In this document: one piece after another, positions 43,023-54,494 of the stretch
Layout: each line of letters begins with the position of its first letter
Numbering within the stretch: position 1 is the stretch's first letter
DNA from: an uncultured Chloroflexia bacterium
GTDB taxonomy: Bacteria > Chloroflexota > Chloroflexia > Thermomicrobiales > UBA6265
Length of the DNA stretch: 64,000 nt
Direction: 5' to 3'
Assembly: GCA_963724295.1 (NCBI GenBank)
Contig: CAVRUC010000002.1
Span: 320,001-384,000, forward strand
Notes under the pieces: model-generated
The model's database searches: none
What the model was told of the DNA's origin: nothing
The model's input: the letters and a program-made list of their open reading frames with translations, nothing else
Made by a program: the position numbers and the translations under genes

Positions 43023-43571
43023 ATGACAGCGATGGTTCGAGCGCGGGGAGTCCTCCTGGCAGCAGGACTCCTGATCGCGGTTGGAGTGACGACGGGAACA
43101 GTGTGGGCCGCCGAGATCAGCTGCACCGTCGGCGTCTCCTGTGACGGCACCAGCGGACCCGACGAACTGCAGGGGACCAGGAAGAAAAACCACCTCTATG
43201 GGAAGGCGGGCAATGACACCCTCCTCGCTCGCAGCGGCAACGATGTCCTGTTTGGGGACGGCCCGATCGACACGGGTGCGGATGGCAACGACCAGCTCTA
43301 CGGTGGTCCGGGCAACGACATCTTCAACGGCGGCGGAGGCAGTGACCTGCTCGAAGGGGGTGATGGTGACGACTGGATCTCTGCCAACGCAGACCTGACA
43401 TTCAGCAATCCCGGGGAGGACACCATCAAGGCCGGCAAGGGCAATGACGTCATCGAGGCGGCGGACGGCCACAAAGACACCATCGACTGCGGAAGCGGGA
43501 AAGACGAGGTCTATTTCGACCAGAACCTCGACCAGGTCGCGGCCAACTGTGAGGAGCAGTTCCCGGAATAG
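43023..43571 (+). CDS. Secreted protein with hemolysin-type Ca-binding GGxGxD repeats
   Basis: Signal peptide; GGPGND repeats; DTIDCGSGKD..ANCE cap. Confidence 0.85.
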   Translation: MTAMVRARGVLLAAGLLIAVGVTTGTVWAAEISCTVGVSCDGTSGPDELQGTRKKNHLYGKAGNDTLLARSGNDVLFGDGPIDTGADGNDQLYGGPGNDIFNGGGGSDLLEGGDGDDWISANADLTFSNPGEDTIKAGKGNDVIEAADGHKDTIDCGSGKDEVYFDQNLDQVAANCEEQFPE

Positions 43572-43807
43572 GGCCAGAAAGGCATGGCAGGGATCGCGCC
43601 CTGCACCAGGCTGCCAATCTCCAGGCCAAACCATGGGAGGCGGGCTATCGGGAGCCGAACTAGCAAATGCTTCTGATTCCTTGCCCGCACGTGCTCCTCG
43701 ACATGGTTGATCCACCGGGTGGCGTGCGCCTCCACGACGGGCAGGATCGCGAGGCGATCAGCGTGACAGCGGCCGGACCATCCGGCCAAGAAAAACGGAG
43801 GACTGCG

Positions 43808-44259
43808 ATGAACCGCATGAACCGAATGACGATGCTTGCTATTGTTTTGGTGACGGCAGCGTTGCTGATCGCAAGTGGGACGGTCCTGGCCAAGGATATC
43901 TCCTGCGGGCCGCCCGCCAGCGGCCCATGCGTCGGCACCAGGCGAGTCGACGACATCCGCGGCACGACCGGAAACGACGAGATCAGCGGCCGTGGTGGCA
44001 ACGACACCATCTTCGGTGACTTTCCCTTTGGCGGCGGCGTCGGCAACGACACGATCCGCGGCGGCGACGGTGACGACATCTCTCTATGACTTCACATGGT
44101 GGCGGCGACATCGACCAGGTCTTCGGCGGCAAGGGCAACGACCACATCGAGGTCCAGGACGGTGACGCGCTCGACGAGGTCGACTGCGGCCCCGGCAAGG
44201 ATGAGGTTTTCGCCGATCCGGGCGACACCGTCGCGGCCAACTGCGAGAAGGTGAGCTAG
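43808..44259 (+). CDS. Second Ca-binding repeat protein; frameshift near 44085
   Basis: Paralog of 43023-43571; continues in another frame as GGKGND...DCGPGKD...ANCEKVS. Confidence 0.75.
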
Positions 44260-44311
44260 AACAGTTGCGTAGCGGACGCGGGCTTGATACTGTCGATGGG
44301 AGGTGATGGAG

Positions 44312-44686
44312 ATGGCATCGGAGACGACGTTCGCGACGATGCAGGAGCGACTGGGCGGGGCGGCGGCCCTCGCCGGCATCGTCGAGACCTTCTATGCCTT
44401 AGCCCTGGCCGATCCCGCGCTCGCGCCGGTATTCGCCCGCGTCGACCTGGATGCCCTGCGGCGCCATCAGGCGCAGTTTCTCGGCTTCGTGCTGGCCACC
44501 GATGATCCCGCGATCGGGGCCCGCATGCGCCATGCTCACGCCGGCCTGGAGATCACCCCCCGCCAGTTCACTGCCATGGCCCAGCATCTCACGACAGCGC
44601 TGGTTCGCGCCGGTATCTCAGCGCGATTGGTGCGCGAGATTGCCGGGCACGTCGATCGGCTGAGCGATGACATCGTTGGACGCTGA
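44312..44686 (+). CDS. Group I truncated hemoglobin
   Basis: LGGAAALAGIVETFY; MRHAHAGL proximal His. Confidence 0.85.
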   Translation: MASETTFATMQERLGGAAALAGIVETFYALALADPALAPVFARVDLDALRRHQAQFLGFVLATDDPAIGARMRHAHAGLEITPRQFTAMAQHLTTALVRAGISARLVREIAGHVDRLSDDIVGR

Positions 44687-44873
44687 TCCGGCTGGCGAGG
44701 GAACTTCGTTGAGCAGCTCAGCCCGTTGCCTGTTCACGTGGCCATGCACATCATCGCACATGTCTGGAAGCGGCCAGGCGCCGCCGCCACATTGACAGCC
44801 CCCTAAAGCCCACGCACAATGTCGGCTCCGGGTTCCATCTGTCACTGCTGGTCGCTCGGCGACAGGGCGCGTC

Positions 44874-47211
44874 ATGACACTCCATGGGCTCCAGGTCCCG
44901 CCACTTCCTCACCCCCTGACCTTGCTGGTGGGTCGCGAGCGGGATGTCACCGACGTCATCACAGCGTTGACCCAGGATGGTGTGCGGCTCATCACGCTCA
45001 CGGGAGCTGGGGGCGTCGGCAAGTCGCGCGTTGCCCTCGAAGTCGCCCACCAGATCGGGTCATTCTTTTCCGACCGGGTCTTCCTCATCGACTTCGCTGC
45101 GGTCGGCGATCCCGACCTTGCTCGCGCCCACCGTCGCGGTTGCGGTTGGACTCCCTCCACCAACCGACGGATCGTCACTGATGCGGCTCAAACTGCTGAT
45201 CGGCGAGGAACGCGCATTGATCGTGGTCGACAACGCCGATCGCGTCGCGGCCAACGCCTCGCCGCTCAGCGAGCTGCTTGGCGCCTGTCCTCAGTTGGCC
45301 ATGCTGGCGACCAGCCGTAGCCGGCTGCGACTTCACGGTGAGGTGGTGCGTCAAATCTTGCCGCTCCCCGTTCCCCAACCAGGCGACGGGGTCATGGTAG
45401 AGAGCGCCAACGCCCTTCCCGCGGTACGGATGTTTGTCGAGCGGGGCCGAGAGGTCGATCATCGATTTGCCCTGACGGCCGAAAATGTCGGCGATGTCTC
45501 CGACATCGTGCGCCGTCTTGACGGTCTCCCACTGGCGATCGAGTTGGCGGCGGCGCGGCTCGATCTGCTTTCGCCGGCCGCGCTGCTGGCTCGTCTCCAG
45601 CAGCGACTTCCGCTCCTGACCGGAGGCGCTCAGGACCTACCGAGCCGGCTCCGGACCATGCATGACGCCATCGCCTGGAGCTATGACCTCCTGGAGCCCG
45701 ACGAGCGGGAGGTGTTTGAGCGACTGGCCCTGTTCGCTGACAGCATCCCCCTTGCCGGCGCCGTCGTCATCTGCGGCGATGGCGATGAGCTCGCCGTCCT
45801 GGCGCTCCTGGCCAGCCTGGCGGACAAGAGCTTGCTCATTCGGGATCCAGCGGCGACGGGAGAGCCGCGGTTCCGCATGCTGCCGACGATCCGGGAATTC
45901 GCTCTCGAACAATTACGACGCAATGGTGCCGAGGACGGGGCCATGGGTCGCTTGGCGTCATGGTGTCTGGACGTTGCTGAGGCGGCGGCCGCGATGCGGC
46001 AGAAGACGAGTGGGACGCCGCAGCTCATCGCGCAATTAGATCTCGAGCTGGACACGTTTCGGGATGTGCTGGCCTGGCTGGAGCAACAGGGCAGGGCAGA
46101 AGAGTTCCTGCGCCTGGCCGCCGCCCTCGGATGGTTCTGGCTGCATCGCAGCTACCGCTCCGAAGGACGTCGCTGGCTCGAATCAGCCATCGCCCAGGGA
46201 ATCGAGGCAGGGATCCGGACCGTAGTCCTGGCCCGTGCCTACGACGGCGCCGGCGTTCTTGCCTTCGCTCAGGGTGACTATGACCGGGCGAGCGCGCTGA
46301 TCGGCAACGAGTTGGCGTTGAGCCGGGAGTTGGGCGATGGGTGGGGCATTGCCGGCGCGTTGAACTTGCTCGGCGCCGTCGATCGTGCCCGCGAAGACTT
46401 TGTCGCGGCCGATGCCCACTTCACCGAGACCTTGACGCGCTTTGAAGAACTGGGTGATCCCGGCTGGATCGCCCTCGCCACGCTCAATCTTGGCACTGTT
46501 GCCTACTGGCGACACGATCCCGAGCGGGCGAACGCCTTGATGCACGAGGCGCTCGCCCGCTACCGGATCCTGGACGACGCCTACGGGATGGCGATCACCC
46601 TCAGCGACCTGGGCCGCACGCTCGCCGACTACGGAGATGTCGCCGCCGCCGCCAGGCACTTTCAGGAGAGTCTCGAGCAATGGCAGCGCATTGGTACGAA
46701 GGAGGGCCTCATCGACTGGCTGACCCGGGTTGCCACGCTTGCTTCCCACCGCGGTGAGGCGGAGCTGGCTATCCGCCTGTTCAGCGCCGCGGAGACGCTG
46801 CGCATGCTGATCGGGTACGCCTTCGACCATTCAGAGCGGACGCGGCAGCGTCACGCCCTGGAGGCGGCCCGGTTGGCGCTGGGTGAGGAGCGGTCGGCGG
46901 ACGCCTGGGCAAGTGGTCGGGAGCTAGACTTCGATGCCGCCCTCGCTGAAGCAACCGCCTTTCTCATCACCTGTGAGGCAGTAGCGACTTCCCCGGCTGC
47001 CGACTCACAGACTGCTCCCGCGGGACTGACGCCGCGAGAAATGGACGTCCTGCGGCTGCTCGTTGAGGGGCAATCCGACCGCAAAATTGGTGATCAGCTC
47101 TTCATCAGCCATCGCACGGTGATGCGGCACGTCGAGAACATTCTCGGCAAGCTGGAGGTTGAGTCGCGCACTGCCGCCGCAATGTTGGCGGTCCGAGAGG
47201 GGTTCATCTAG
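44874..47211 (+). CDS. LuxR-family ATPase/TPR transcriptional regulator; frameshift near 45120
   Basis: LVGRE and GAGGVGKS P-loop; LDGLPLAIELAAAR; C-terminal LTPREMDVL HTH. Confidence 0.9.
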
Positions 47212-47244
47212 ATCTGAGCGTCAGTTGTGCCTACGCTGATTGGT

Positions 47245-47667
47245 TCACTCAGACAAGAAAAGGCTGTGGCCGCCGTCGACAAGCAGTGACTGCCCGGTCG
47301 TGAACTCGCTCTCCGGCAGGCAGAAGAAGCGCACCGCGGCGGCGATGTCCTCGGACCGGCCCAGCCGTCCCGCGGGGATGCTGCGCAGGGCGCCGGCCCA
47401 GGCCTGGGGCTGCGGCGCCGCGCCGGGACGCTCGGCGATGGCGCCGGGGATGACGCAGTTGACGCTGACACCATACGGCGCCAGCTCATAGGCGCAGTTC
47501 CGGGTCATGACCTCGATCGCACCCTTGGCGCTGTCATAGACCGCGGCATCCTTGTGGGCCGCGTGCCCCCCGATCGTGCTGATGTTGACGATGCGCCCGC
47601 CGCCACCCCGCGCGATCATGTGTCGCGCGGCGTGCTGGGCCAGTACGAACGGCGAGCGCAGGTTGAC
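47245..47667 (-). pseudogene. 3' half of a short-chain dehydrogenase split by the integrated element
   Basis: VNLRSPF, GRIVNIST, YDSAK, VNCVIPG and TGQSLLVDGG; lacks the Rossmann N-terminus. Confidence 0.92.
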
Positions 47668-48019
47668 CTTCTTCCGTACACAATGCACCCCTTGTGACCC
47701 TCTCGATCCGTAAGGGCGGGGAGTGGGAGGTCGCGGTCTGATCGGGCTCCGCTTCACCGCCGACAATGCGGCGCGGGAAATCGCGACCGGACCCGGAGTC
47801 TGTCCACGGCTTATGGTGTCGACGAACGTGGTGGCTTCGGTCACCCCTTGTTCATGCCCATTCAGATATGCCTCCGCAGCCCGCCTCGGCGCCCCGTCGC
47901 GCCACTGGCCTTGCCGCGACGTGGGAATCACGTCCGCACCAAGAGCCGGGAAGCCACCTGGCGCAGCGCAAGTCGTGGCCATAGTGCGCGCTGTGCCGTG
48001 CCATCACCCCATCCCTGGG

Positions 48020-48877
48020 TCAAGGAATCTGGAATAGGTGTACCGACTGATCCTTCGCCGTGCAGCGCTTGGGTGTGCCCCTCTTCCGTTTGTCCGAGAC
48101 GACGACGAACTGGTCGGAGGCCATCCACGAGATCCCCTCCGCATGACAGTAGGTCGTCTCCCCCTTCGCATCGCGCGGCAAATCCCACACCATGCCGGCA
48201 TCGACAAACTCCCAATTGGTCGGATCAAGGGTCCCGAGCCAGACCTGTGAGGATTGTTGCGACAGCACCGCCACCTGGCCATCTCTGATGTCGAGACTGG
48301 CGTAGTCGGTGAAACGCACCACCTTCGGCAGCTTGATCGTGTGCACGTGCTGCCATCCCTGCGTGCCGCGTTGAAAAACCTGAATTCTCCCGTGGCCCTG
48401 TTGTTTGCCTGCCGGTCCTCCCTGGCAGCGATTGCCTTCACATAGCGCAAGCACGTAGTCGTGTCCCGCGCGGTGGATCACGGTCAACCCCTCGAATCCC
48501 TTGTTGTCACTGGCAAACGCGAAGGGTAAGCGGTGTCGCTCGAGCGGGACGAATTGGTGGTCGTATTCCACCAGCTCCGCGTGATACGTGTCTGCCGTGA
48601 CGCGAACCGCCTCGATCAATCCGTAGAAGCGCTGGTGTCGTGCGCAATACGTGAGATCTTCGAGGCCGGCCACAGCGTCTCGCTCGCCCAGCCACCCGTT
48701 TCCGTCGCTTGGAAGGCACGACGCCGCGACGCGGGCTACCTGCCCCAGGTTGTCGAAAATGATGATGAAGTGGCTGTCCTGGGCGACGACGCCGCTCGCC
48801 TCGAGCCGGCGATTGGCGCTGCATTCCGGAAGGAGTGCTTGCAGTTTGGTTTCCCGGATCAGCTCCAATGTCTGCAT
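48020..48877 (-). CDS. Hypothetical protein, probable beta-propeller
   Basis: EASGV, GLEDL, GFEGL and AEGI blade-like repeats. Confidence 0.7.
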   Translation of the reverse strand: MQTLELIRETKLQALLPECSANRRLEASGVVAQDSHFIIIFDNLGQVARVAASCLPSDGNGWLGERDAVAGLEDLTYCARHQRFYGLIEAVRVTADTYHAELVEYDHQFVPLERHRLPFAFASDNKGFEGLTVIHRAGHDYVLALCEGNRCQGGPAGKQQGHGRIQVFQRGTQGWQHVHTIKLPKVVRFTDYASLDIRDGQVAVLSQQSSQVWLGTLDPTNWEFVDAGMVWDLPRDAKGETTYCHAEGISWMASDQFVVVSDKRKRGTPKRCTAKDQSVHLFQIP

Positions 48878-49189
48878 GCCCGCTCCTCCGGCCAGGGGAT
48901 CGCTTCGTGACCATGCCCCGACCAGGCTGAAGTCCTCCAGAGGCGCGTGCGGCGCGTGCACCGGCGGTGGCGGCCATACACCAGGACGGTGCCGGGTCGC
49001 CATTGTCGCTTGTTCGGGAACGGCTAAGGTGCAGCATAACGACCGTTCGACCCAATGTAAACGCCCCAAGAGCGTGCGAGGACAGCATCCGACGTGTCAC
49101 GTGCTGGCACCGCGGCCCTATCCTCGCCCCATGGACAGGATCGCGCTCTCGCAGGAAGGATCTTCGCCGCAAGCCGTTGGTCTTTGCCC

Positions 49190-49378
49190 TCAGCGGTGGA
49201 GCCGGCGAGCCGCTCCCTGTTTCACGGTCGACGGTGGGAGCGGCGGGACGGTCGGGGCCGGCGCTTGCGGCACCTCCACGCCGAAGTCGAATCCGCAACG
49301 ACGGCAGGTATACCGGTTGCTGGACAAAGGGACGAGGGTTTTCTGGTGACCGAACAGCAGACAGCGCAGATTGGCCAT
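49190..49378 (-). CDS. Small Cys/His protein (DUF1660-like)
   Basis: CLLFGH...CRRCG motif; GGGGG RBS-like run upstream. Confidence 0.55.
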   Translation of the reverse strand: MANLRCLLFGHQKTLVPLSSNRYTCRRCGFDFGVEVPQAPAPTVPPLPPSTVKQGAARRLHR

Positions 49379-49785
49379 AACCGCCCCCCTTTGAGACTTC
49401 TCACTCTAGGGGGCAACTGGGGTTCCCGGAATCCTCCTACCAGCGCCGGCAGTCATGTTTTCAGAGAGAGCCCTGGTAAATTGAGTCAGAGGCATCCGCC
49501 ACCAGCCGCGGTCATGACCACGCCCGACCATGGCGGCACCGACGTCGGCCGGCGCACGAGCGCCCTCAGGGGTAGCAGCGCCACGACGCCAGCGAAGAGC
49601 AGCAGCGGCGCGGGCAAGATCCCGTTCGTCAGCGTGACGGTATCAGACAGCCGGCGATTCTGTCGTCTCGGAGCTGATCATGCGGCTCGTGGGCGCACCC
49701 GTTGCACGTGACGCGGCGCCAGGGCCGAAACGGCGGCGCGCTTCCTGCGTTGGAGCAATCACCTCGGAGCGGGGCGGATCCGCTG

Positions 49786-49820
49786 ACGGAGCGCTCGTGC
49801 TCCGAGCACGAGCGCTCCGT
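49786..49820. repeat. Perfect 35-bp palindrome
   Basis: ACGGAGCGCTCGTGCTC-C-GAGCACGAGCGCTCCGT. Confidence 0.9.
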
Positions 49821-50132
49821 GGGGGTGGCTGGCCCCCCCGCAGCAGCGCTCTCATCATGGCATGGGGTGTGCATCACCGGGCGCTGAGTGCGCACGACAC
49901 GAGCCCGACCACGGAGGCCGGGCTCGTGCGGGAAGGAGGGAGGGTGTCGCGGGATGAAACAACGACGCCCTCCCGCCGACCACTCTAGCAGGGCGGCGCC
50001 AGTCGACCTGGTCTCGCCGGGACGCAGTCGATCAGCCGCGAGGATGGCGGCACTGCATTTAACGGCGGGATAACTCCATTGCCTGCTCTTAAGACCGTGT
50101 GTCCGCCGTCGAGGCTGGGCTCTCGCCGGGTC

Positions 50133-50426
50133 TCAGACCTCGGCGGCAATCTCGTAGAGCGTGATCTCCGGCGGCTGGCCAGGGTTGCTCGCCCCGAGGG
50201 TGGCCCGGAACTCCTCCAAGAGCGGATTGAGGACGGCGGCATCCGGCTCCTGGTCGAAGACCGTCACGCCGGCGATCGCTCCCGTGGCCCGATCGATCCC
50301 GAAGTAGGCGTGGCGGAAGCCGGGCTGCGCACGCATCTTCTCCGGCCAGAAGGCCTCCCACTTCCGGGCCACCTCGTCGGCCTGACCCGGCGCTGGTTGA
50401 GCGCGCACGATTCGCATGTACATCAC
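50133..50426 (-). CDS. ABM-like small ferredoxin-fold protein
   Basis: AAGGAGG RBS; QPGFRHAY motif. Confidence 0.75.
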   Translation of the reverse strand: MMYMRIVRAQPAPGQADEVARKWEAFWPEKMRAQPGFRHAYFGIDRATGAIAGVTVFDQEPDAAVLNPLLEEFRATLGASNPGQPPEITLYEIAAEV

Positions 50427-50552
50427 GATTCCTCCTTGATCAACCCGTTCGGATCGTCAACACGACGAACCCGGTAAAGGTGGCGTGGACCACCTCCTCG
50501 CCTTGGAGCGGAAGCTCTCGGCGAGGCGCACCTGCTCCAGTTCGACATCCGA

Positions 50553-50843
50553 CTAGCGGGTGGCGTTGAGCAGGACCTCGCCGGTGGTGACCTCGGGATT
50601 CCCCAGCGCGGCGCGGGACTCCAGGTTCTGTTGCACCCAGTTGGCGGCGCGGCTCATCGACTCGGTCGTGCCAGCCTCATCCTCGGTGATGGTGATAGTC
50701 GCCACGCCATCACCGGTTTCGAGGAAGTAGTAGGCGACGAACCCAGGTGTGCCACGCATCGTTTGCTCGAGGTTCTGCAGCTTCGGTCGCGCTTCGGTGA
50801 CGACGTCAGGCGAGGCGGTGTACTTGCGCACGACAGCGTGCAT
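50553..50843 (-). CDS. ABM-like small ferredoxin-fold protein
   Basis: AGGAGG RBS; TPGFVAYY motif. Confidence 0.75.
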   Translation of the reverse strand: MHAVVRKYTASPDVVTEARPKLQNLEQTMRGTPGFVAYYFLETGDGVATITITEDEAGTTESMSRAANWVQQNLESRAALGNPEVTTGEVLLNATR

Positions 50844-51131
50844 GTTGATCCTCCTGAGGCTCCGTTGCCTCATCGTCTCCCTGCGACCCGACCAGAAGCA
50901 GAGGAAGCCCGGCCAAGCCGAAACGGCCCCAGCCGGGTTCGCCATTCGCTCCCCCCGCTACCATGGCGACCAGCTGGGCAGCAGAGATCATCGTGTCTGA
51001 GGCAGGCTCATCATACGCCGCGATGGGCGGATGTCAATCGGCAGTGACAAGCGGCCATGAGTCGCAAACGAGGCCAGCAACGACTTTGCCGGGCTCGTCA
51101 TCATCGCTGCGGGCCTGACCTGGCGCTCCGG

Positions 51132-51905
51132 TCAGCCCGCGGCGGTCTCTACCACCACCGGGGCGAACTTCATCACCCCGTTCCCACCCGACAGCGCCAC
51201 CATCAGGGTTTGCTGGATGGTGTAGGAGACTACCTGATCGAGATCGGCCAGGAACGGGGTCATCAGTGAGCCGGGCGGGCACGCCATCGTGGTGACCCCC
51301 CCGATCTGTAGGTCGAGCTGCGATCCGGTGAGGGTGTAGTTGCCTGTCGCGTGATTGCAGTCCGCCTGGATGGCCAACGTGTTGTCCGGCAGGAATTCGA
51401 TCGTGTACTGACTCGGGTCATCCGGACGCATGGTGACCTCGCCGCTGTTGCTGAGGGTGTCCTGCCACTGCCACACCACCCCGGGCAAGACCGGCTGCAG
51501 CTGAACCACGCCATCCTCTCCCCGCAGTAGAAGCCCCCCCACTTCCGGGTCGAACCGGTAGGAGGTGGCCTGCTCCAGTAGGCGCTGGAAGGTCGCACCG
51601 TGCGAGTCCGGCGGGCAGATCGCGGTGGTGACCGCCAGCGGCGTCAGGGTCAGGACACCCTCAGCTGCGGTGTAGCCGCCGCTTCCCTGGTTGCAATCGA
51701 GCCGGGTCAGGAGACGGCCATCGGGCAAGAACTGCACGGTGTAGCGCGAAGGATCGGCGAACATCACCGGCGCGCTATCCGGTTCGCTGAAACTCACCAT
51801 CTCCCAGATCACCGGAGGGATAGCGGTCGCGTCTGGGACCGCAGGGGCCTGGGCGGCGAGTAGGCCCGGGATGAGGAGGATGACGATCGCACGGGCGAGG
51901 GACAT
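51132..51905 (-). CDS. Secreted protein with two META domains
   Basis: YTVQFLPDG..DCN...T.AICPP and YTIEFLPDN..ADCN...TMACPP. Confidence 0.85.
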   Translation of the reverse strand: MSLARAIVILLIPGLLAAQAPAVPDATAIPPVIWEMVSFSEPDSAPVMFADPSRYTVQFLPDGRLLTRLDCNQGSGGYTAAEGVLTLTPLAVTTAICPPDSHGATFQRLLEQATSYRFDPEVGGLLLRGEDGVVQLQPVLPGVVWQWQDTLSNSGEVTMRPDDPSQYTIEFLPDNTLAIQADCNHATGNYTLTGSQLDLQIGGVTTMACPPGSLMTPFLADLDQVVSYTIQQTLMVALSGGNGVMKFAPVVVETAAG

Positions 51906-52291
51906 CACGGCGAGGGCCTCCCTGGGACTGACGAGGGACGACGACCCGGCTGGCTGATGACCCCCGTACTCTACTCCGGTAGTGCGGGTTGGCGGGCATG
52001 GCGATGACGATGCGAACGCGGACCCGAGCGTCTCCCCCCGCATCGCAGCGGCGTCGCCGGACGGGTCCTCAAGGACCTGGAGCGACACCACCGGCGCAGC
52101 GTTCAGGCATGTCCCCAGCGAGCCCTCCGCATCGACCGACGCGGTCTGCCCGGTCGCGACGCGTGCCACGAGGACGCCGTGCCCGGTTAGGTTCGTCCTG
52201 GGCGAAACCGCCTGGATCGGCCGCACGTTGTCGACTCATACCTGATGCAGTGCGGATGATGACAGGGCCCGGTGGCACCGGGGAAGGAGTA

Positions 52292-52705
52292 GTGGCCGTG
52301 ACGAGACGTGTCCTCTGGGCCGGTGTGCTGGCGCTGCTGTTGCTGAGCGGTCCCAGTGCCGTGGCGGGATCCCGGGCGCAGACGGTCGGCAGCATGCCGT
52401 CGTTCGTCTGGACGTTGATCGATTTTCCCGGCGTGGGCGCCATTGCCGCGCCGCTCTACACCGTGCAGTTCCTGCCGGACGGCACGGTTGACATCGGGGC
52501 CGACTGCAATCGAGCGGGAGGCACCTGGAGTGGGGGGGACGGTGCGCTTTCGATCGCGGTGACCACCTCGACGCGGGCCTACTGCCCGCCCCCGTCGCTC
52601 TCGGAGCCGTACCTCGCCGCCCTCAACGGCGTGACGGGCTACACCCTGCTGGGAACGACCCTGGTGCTGCACGGTGCGGCCGGAGACATGACCTTCACCG
52701 TCTAA
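52292..52705 (+). CDS. Secreted single META-domain protein
   Basis: AAGGAG RBS; YTVQFLPDG..ADCN...TRAYCPP. Confidence 0.8.
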   Translation: MAVTRRVLWAGVLALLLLSGPSAVAGSRAQTVGSMPSFVWTLIDFPGVGAIAAPLYTVQFLPDGTVDIGADCNRAGGTWSGGDGALSIAVTTSTRAYCPPPSLSEPYLAALNGVTGYTLLGTTLVLHGAAGDMTFTV

Positions 52706-53156
52706 GACCGGGGGCCGGAGAGGATCGCGGCGCGCTCGCGGAACAGATCCGATCGGCATTGCGGCAGGTCCGTGCTGAGATGAAACGCGAACGCAGGCAG
52801 GACCGCTGGCGTTGTCCGAGGTGCCGCGACGAGCGACCGCTGGTCGTCCGCATTGCCGATTGAAAGTCGGGACCGACGCCGGACCCTCGTCTTCCGTACA
52901 GACCCAAATGACGCGTCCGTTTTGTCAAGTGTGATGCCTCGCGGGGCACTCGCGGTCGATTGATTCCACGGCCTGAGCACACCGGGGCGAGCGCCGCTCC
53001 CCATCAGCGTCCGAGATTTGGCCCGGATATGGGCCGATTCGGCCCATCCCGCCACGACCCGCGGGCGCGACACTGGGACGAAACAGGATTATGTCGATGC
53101 ACGGCCAGGGCCACCGCAGCAGGTGGACCGGTCGCAGGAAGGTGGGGGAGATCGTC

Positions 53157-53888
53157 GTGGCGGAGCAGGATGGGGCGGCGGAGCAGGAGCCGATCGGCGC
53201 GACGATCCGGGTGGTGCTGGTCGACGACCACCTCGCGTTTCGGCAGCCCCTGGCCTTCATGCTGCTGCGGGAGCCGGACATCACCGTCATCGGCCAAGCC
53301 GGCACGGTGGCCGAGGCGCGCCCCCTGCTGGCCTTGGCCGACATCGCCCTCATCGACCTGCACCTGCCGGACGGGGAAGGGGTTTAGCTGCTCCACGAAC
53401 TGCGCTCCGTCAATCCCCAGGCCACCGCCTTGGTGCTCACCGGCAACGCCAGCACCGAGGCGATGGCCCGTGCGGTGGAGGCCGGAGCGGCCGGCGTGCT
53501 CCACAAGACCCGTCCGGTCAGCGAGGTCGTGGCGGCCATCCGCCGCCTGCACGCGGGGGAATCGTTGGTGTCGGTGCGCGAGAGCATCGAGCTGCTGCGC
53601 ATCAGCCATCGGCAGCGGGAACAGGACCGTGCCGTTCACGCGACGATCGACCGGCTGACCCCGCGGGAACGGGACGTGCTGCACGCCCTGGCACTGGGGC
53701 TGTCCGATCACGACATGGCCGAGCACCTCTTCGTGTGCACCGAAACGGTGCGCACCCATATGGTCAATGTGCTGCGCAAGCTCGAGGTCGACTCCCGTCT
53801 CAAAGCCCTGGTCTTCGCCGTGCGGCACCACCTGGTGAGCCTCGATGCCCCTGGCCCGGGCGCACCGGTGTACCGGTCGGCGGTCTAA
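53157..53888 (+). pseudogene. NarL-family response regulator with an in-frame TAG at 53385-53387
   Basis: VVLVDDH...IDLHLPDGEG, stop, then the same frame continues to the LTPRERDVL HTH. Confidence 0.85.
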
Positions 53889-54042
53889 CGCCCAACCGCC
53901 GCGTACCCCTGTCTCCATCGTCCTTGTGCAACTTCGAGCAGCATGGGCAGCACCGCGGTTCGTCTGCCGTGTCGCCCTCCAAGGAAAATCCGTCATCAAC
54001 GCGATTGACATCCTGCCCATTCGCCGTCCCTTGTGGAAGACC

Positions 54043-54252
54043 ATGCTCTTCAGCACCATCATGAGCCTGGTTCCTATCATCGGAACCAGTTGCGCGGTGC
54101 TCTACGTCCACACCCGATTCGATCCCAGGAGCTTCAACGCCAGCGTGGCACTGCAAAGCTTCGGCCTGCTGATCATGTCGTGGATCGTCTGCGGCGGTGC
54201 CGTGCTTGGCGCGATCTACGTCCTTGGTCAGGTCACCGGAAGCGGATCATGA
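54043..54252 (+). CDS. Small 2-TM hypothetical protein
   Basis: Two hydrophobic helices; ATGA overlap with the next ORF. Confidence 0.4.
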   Translation: MLFSTIMSLVPIIGTSCAVLYVHTRFDPRSFNASVALQSFGLLIMSWIVCGGAVLGAIYVLGQVTGSGS

Positions 54253-54494
54253 GACCAGTGATGGACGTGGAGTGCCCCTGCCGGCAGTGCCGGTGCCTCT
54301 TCCAGCCCACGCTGGAGAGCCTGTCGCGCGGCTCGCCGTATTGGTGGTACTGCCCCGCCTGCCAGGACCAGCAGTGCGGGGTGGCGCCGCCGCATGCGCT
54401 GCGCATCCAACTCACCGTGGCCCTAGGCCGGGCGTGGAGGACGACGTTGAACGTGGGCTCCTCCGACGACCGCGAGCATCAGGAAGATCCGTAA
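54249..54494 (+). CDS. Small CxxC...CxxC protein
   Basis: CRQC...YCPAC motifs. Confidence 0.4.
   Translation: MRPVMDVECPCRQCRCLFQPTLESLSRGSPYWWYCPACQDQQCGVAPPHALRIQLTVALGRAWRTTLNVGSSDDREHQEDP

Noticed and set aside
47668..47982. Element-supplied replacement N-terminus for the SDR (ORF 47245-47982)
   Set aside because: The upstream part has no Rossmann motif and looks non-coding, so it would not restore function.
53385..53387. Pyrrolysine or programmed read-through at the TAG
   Set aside because: No pyl genes or supporting context in the window; a nonsense mutation or error is simpler.
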